Translations under genes and position numbers: made by a program
The notes under the pieces: generated by a model
What the model saw: the letters and a program-made list of their open reading frames with translations, nothing else
Database searches by the model: none
What the model was told of the DNA's origin: nothing
Shown here: positions 7,579-11,825 of the stretch, in pieces
Position numbering within the stretch: position 1 is the stretch's first letter
How the letters are laid out: the number at the start of each line of letters is the position of its first letter
Source: Selaginella moellendorffii
Taxonomy: Eukaryota > Plantae > Lycopodiophyta
Assembly: GCF_000143415.4 (NCBI RefSeq)
Contig: NW_003314594.1
Coordinates: 1 to 11,825 of the forward strand
DNA: 11,825 nt
Reading direction: 5' to 3'

Positions 7579-9480
7579 ATGGAGAGTTTCCTTTTGCATT
7601 ACCAAAATCACCCACCGCTTTTTTTCTCTCAAAGTCTTATTTCAGAAAGTTTTCTTTGCCGACGTTTTGATCTTTCTCTCAGTTCTATTTCATTGGAGGC
7701 TGTGATTCGCAACAACATTGGTGTAGTTGAACAATCGGAGTTTCTTCTTTTAGGTGTAGGTGAAGGTGGACAACATTGGGATTTGCAACATTCCAAGTCA
7801 AAGGAGATTCGAGTTTTTGGATCTCCAATTAAAGTGCGAGGCTACAATCCTGCCAAAGTGAATGTGAAGCAAGATTCGGTCGTCATCATTTCTTCCTATT
7901 CTAGTTCTAATGGAGATTTTAGTCTAGTGCAAGCTAAGAATTTCCAAACTCGAACTTCACTGATATTCAAAGTTGTTTGCAATGCTTTCCAGTTTTCGCA
8001 CCTCTCTATTGTGTGTTCCTTTCTGGATAGGCCCGTTAGCGAGCTCCCATCTACATACAATGGCAATATCTTCTTTGAACTACCACCTTTTGTCAGCTCA
8101 AAACAAAAGGGGATGGAGACGAAGCAGGACTTCACAACTGGTGCAAGATAAGACCACNNNNNNNNNNNNNNNNNNNNNNNNNNNNNNNNNNNNNNNNNNN
8201 NNNNNNNNNNNNNNNNNNNNNNNNNNNNNNNNNNNNNNNNNNNNNNNNNNNNNNNNNNNNNNNNNNNNNNNNNNNNNNNNNNNNNNNNNNNNNNNNNNNN
8301 NNNNNNNNNNNNNNNNNNNNNNNNNNNNNNNNNNNNNNNNNNNNNNNNNNNNNNNNNNNNNNNNNNNNNNNNNNNNNNNNNNNNNNNNNNNNNNNNNNNN
8401 NNNNNNNNNNNNNNNNNNNNNNNNNGGGGAAACTCCAATAAAAAATCAACTCAATCCTTGAACTAAAATGGATTTATCCCTACGAGTTTATCCACCTTAT
8501 CAAGCCAGATTTCCAATTAGCATTTAAAGAGTTGTGCAAACAATGGCAGGCTGTACCTTCTGAAGAAGAGCACAAGGCAAAAACAAACAAGATTTGAATG
8601 TGGTGGCATAAAAATAGCCATACTGACGTAAGTTGTCTACCACAACTTGAGTCATGGTTGGGGTGGTGGGAAGTTAGAATGTTCTAATGGGGACATAACT
8701 CTTTTCAGATTGGTTTTTCTTTTTTTCCTCTCTTTTTATTGCTTTTTAATATCATCTTTTTATAAGGATCAACTACTTAAAGATCTTGCATACACCCCAA
8801 CTTTGAATCTCTCAGAGAGTAAATATTGGAGCTGGCATTCCTCTGAGGCAGGGAAAGGGAAAATGAGTCTATATGAAACATGTCTATCAAATTTGATACA
8901 CGTTGTAGAGCAGCCTTCAAAATCCTTGGCATTTGAGGAAGGAAGATACATGGGAACAGGACTTTCGGTTGAGATGTTACAAGAAGAAAGTGACTCCACC
9001 AGCACAAACAGTGGCAACTGCAGTGGAGGAAGTGGTCCGTGGAACATCTATGGAGTACACTCCCCAGGCTTCTATTGGTGATATGAAGACCGTCCGCTCA
9101 AAGCGTCGCTTTTCCTTTGTTGGTGAAGATGTTAGCACAGATCTTGGAGCAAAAAGCTCTCACAAGCTTGATGTTGAGTATCATTCTGCTCCAAGACATC
9201 ACCCCCGAACCGAGCCACCTCAAGTGGCTGATGAAGAAAGTGCATCACAGCAAGTTGAAATTGCTTATCGTAGCATAGAGCCGAAGCAATGGGCAATCCA
9301 TCGAGTGCCAGCAAAATCAAATGTAAGGTGTGTGGGGATGCTTTTGAGAGGCAAGTGTTGGGCTTGGATCCGTGGTGACAAGTCTGCTTCTATTCCAGCC
9401 CCATATTTTTATGGGGAACGAAAGCAAGTAGAATTTTCAAGATGGTGTTGGTTATATTGCTACAACATTGATGTCAACAA
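7579..9480 (+). pseudogene. Degenerate MULE/Mutator-like DDE transposase (partial, interrupted by gaps, stops and frameshifts)
   Basis: The segments in order are: LPSTYNGNIFFELPP...GMETKQD, which frameshifts into HNWCK (WRKY/GCM1-like D-G-x-x-W-x-K position); a helical Trp-rich segment HLIKPDFQLAFKELCKQW...KI*MWW...LESWLGWWEVRMF*WG from 8493 (TGA 8595, TAA 8685); TPTLNLSESKY (Glu at 8815-8817), resembling the MULE T-N-x-x-E-S-x-H/N catalytic-Glu motif; and a Cys/Trp-rich C-terminal region WAIHRVP...C...KC...PAP.F.G...YC. The two catalytic Asp are not visible and may lie in the 8158-8425 gap or be deleted. Confidence 0.6.
8158..8425. other. Assembly gap
   Basis: N run. Confidence 1.
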
Positions 9481-10258
9481 NNNNNNNNNNNNNNNNNNNN
9501 NNNNNNNNNNNNNNNNNNNNNNNNNNNNNNNNNNNNNNNNNNNNNNNNNNNNNNNNNNNNNNNNNNNNNNNNNNNNNNNNNNNNNNNNNNNNNNNNNNNN
9601 NNNNNNNNNNNNNNNNNNNNNNNNNNNNNNNNNNNNNNNNNNNNNNNNNNNNNNNNNNNNNNNNNNNNNNNNNNNNNNNNNNNNNNNNNNNNNNNNNNNN
9701 NNNNNNNNNNNNNNNNNNNNNNNNNNNNNNNNNNNNNNNNNNNNNNNNNNNNNNNNNNNNNNNNNNNNNNNNNNNNNNNNNNNNNNNNNNNNNNNNNNNN
9801 NNNNNNNNNNNNNNNNNNNNNNNNNNNNNNNNNNNNNNNNNNNNNNNNNNNNNNNNNNNNNNNNNNNNNNNNNNNNNNNNNNNNNNNNNNNNNNNNNNNN
9901 NNNNNNNNNNNNNNNNNNNNNNNNNNNNNNNNNNNNNNNNNNNNNNNNNNNNNNNNNNNNNNNNNNNNNNNNNNNNNNNNNNNNNNNNNNNNNNNNNNNN
10001 NNNNNNNNNNNNNNNNNNNNNNNNNNNNNNNNNNNNNNNNNNNNNNNNNNNNNNNNNNNNNNNNNNNNNNNNNNNNNNNNNNNNNNNNNNNNNNNNNNNN
10101 NNNNNNNNNNNNNNNNNNNNNNNNNNNNNNNNNNNNNNNNNNNNNNNNNNNNNNNNNNNNNNNNNNNNNNNNNNNNNNNNNNNNNNNNNNNNNNNNNNNN
10201 NNNNNNNNNNNNNNNNNNNNNNNNNNNNNNNNNNNNNNNNNNNNNNNNNNNNNNNNNN
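9481..10258. other. Assembly gap
   Basis: N run. Confidence 1.
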
Positions 10259-10618
10259 GAGCATATGTACCATCACAGTTTTTTTTTTTCCCTTTCAAAT
10301 GGTTATATGGCCTTATATAGAATCTTAATTCAAATTTAATAATTTTAAAATTCTAATGAACTTGACATTTACTAGCTAGAAAGCACAGAGTACAAATTTA
10401 AAGAAGTGACAAGAATACTCTTTTTGCAAACATTTTATTTTATGTTCTAACAAACGTCTCTATCATTGCATGTAGTAAATATTTAAATTATTCAAACAAG
10501 AAGTGTCCTTTAGAACATTTTTATCTATATAATATATAAAGAGTTATGAAATTATTAAGTTCACCATAACTTTAAAATTTTAAAGTTTATAATGTTTGTA
10601 CTAAATTATAATTGAAAA

Positions 10619-10662
10619 TTGAGCTCAACTCATGAGCTCAACTGTTCAACTCGTGAGCTCAA
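10619..10662. repeat. Cluster of three TGAGCTCA palindromes within a 17-bp direct repeat (TCAACTCRTGAGCTCAA x2)
   Basis: TTGAGCTCAA at 10619-10628; 17-mers at 10625-10641 and 10646-10662 differ at one base. Confidence 0.8.
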
Positions 10663-11825
10663 GTATGGTCTGCGCTCTGGATCGGGAAGTTATTAATTAT
10701 TTTTGTTTTATTTCTAATCTAGATGTAATATAAAATAAATAAGGAAGTATACAGTAACTTAAAAATGAATTTTGCTTACAGCATTATTTATTATATAGCT
10801 AGCAATATAATAATAATAATAAATAAATTTGCTCTAAATTATAAATAAATTATAAGAAAATATGTCTCTGATATATTATTTTTCAATTATAGTTAATCAC
10901 TTGGATCCCTTGGAAATGATGAACTTCAAAAGATTACACAATGGCTAGTGCAAAATTTGTTTTATAATCTTGTTGTAGAGTAACTAATAGAGCAACAATA
11001 GTATGCATAGCATTTTTAGTTTACTTTAGAAAATATAGTGTAAAGCATATACCTAAAATATTTAATATATAATAAAATATTCCTCATTCTAAGGGTTATA
11101 ATTTCTTGCTGTTAAACTTTTCTATAATTCATTTTTATCAAGATTTAATTCTAATATTCTTGGGGGATGGGGAGGGGGGACAGCTTCCTATTAGGTGTGT
11201 CTATCTTTATTTTACATTTGGCTTAGGTCTAAGCTTAAGATCCATACCATGTTAGCTAGTGGAGTATTTATATCCTTGCGCTAGACCATTAATATGTTGA
11301 AATAATGCTTTAGCTTTGTTTTACATGTTTGTTTTAATGTTGGGATGCTAAAAGTTTTAAGACTATTTTAATGTTGTTTTGTGCTCCTGTTTCATCGCTC
11401 CTTAGTTGCATATTCAAGAGTTGTTCCATACTTTTATTTTTTTGTTCATTAGGCATATGCTTAGAAGTTTGATTCTATCATTTTGTTTAGTGGCCTAAGG
11501 CCCTAAAACTTAGGTGTTGCCCTTAGCACACATATCTCAAAAGTTAGGTCTGTTCCATTGCTATCCTATAGTAATTAAAAGGTGAAAATCATATATGCTA
11601 TAGATATAAAGATGATTTTGTCTTAAGTATATGCTAGAAGATAAAGAAGATTTTATCTTGAAGCATATGCTAAAAGATAACCATGCAAAGTAAAAGAGGA
11701 TCCATATCAAAAGGTGGTAATATACCCATACAAACAATAATTTGATAGATATAAAGGAATTTAAAGTGCTCAACCATATGTTGTGTGGCATCAGAATTAA
11801 TAATAAGAGTAAAAAACAACTAATA

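Larger units (their letters stand above)
3911..9480. mobile_element. Putative large decayed MULE-like DNA transposon (or adjacent elements) carrying a transposase plus a divergent ParB/Srx-like gene; termini not found
   Basis: Two similarly decayed, divergently oriented pseudogenes flank repeat arrays. No TIR or TSD was identified, and the linkage crosses an N gap. Confidence 0.4.

Noticed and set aside
9452-10339. ORFs spanning the third gap
   Set aside because: They consist mostly of X; gap artefacts.
11162-11179. G-rich purine tract as an LTR polypurine tract or G-quadruplex
   Set aside because: It is not followed by a TG LTR start, there is no retroelement coding sequence, and it has only three separate G runs.
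11221-11260. Hairpin GCTTAG-GT-CTAAGC followed by CTAG as a Helitron 3' end
   Set aside because: The stem is short and not GC-rich, the spacing to CTAG is longer than typical, and there is no Rep/helicase evidence.
11561-11791. 76-aa hydrophobic ORF
   Set aside because: Its composition reflects AT-rich non-coding DNA and it has no motif.
3513-11825. Terminal inverted repeats or TSD for the putative transposon
   Set aside because: No convincing inverted match was found by eye between the region after the (AT)n tract and the right-hand AT-rich region.

Overview
Eukaryotic, plant-like draft-assembly DNA with three N gaps (6689-7257, 8158-8425, 9481-10258). The predicted GT-AG introns of about 47-81 bp and the gene families present suggest a compact seed-free plant genome such as a lycophyte (Selaginella-like); this is an inference. 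The left ~2.9 kb holds two apparently intact genes head-to-head, with ATGs ~430 bp apart. One is an intronless, minimal FCP1/SCP-type (NIF, HAD-family) phosphatase (448-1035, -). The other is a spliced, stand-alone GCN2/eIF2-alpha-kinase-like protein kinase (1462-2820/2877, +) that the ORF track shows only in fragments. An inverted pair of ABRE/G-box-like motifs lies between them. The middle (~3.9-9.5 kb) looks like a decayed large DNA transposon. It contains a spliced pseudogene with a Pro-rich tract and a ParB/Srx-like DGNHR motif (-), a GC-rich direct/inverted repeat array, and, across a gap, a MULE/Mutator-like transposase pseudogene (+). The last 1.5 kb is AT-rich non-coding DNA. Family assignments are from recalled motifs; no database search was run.
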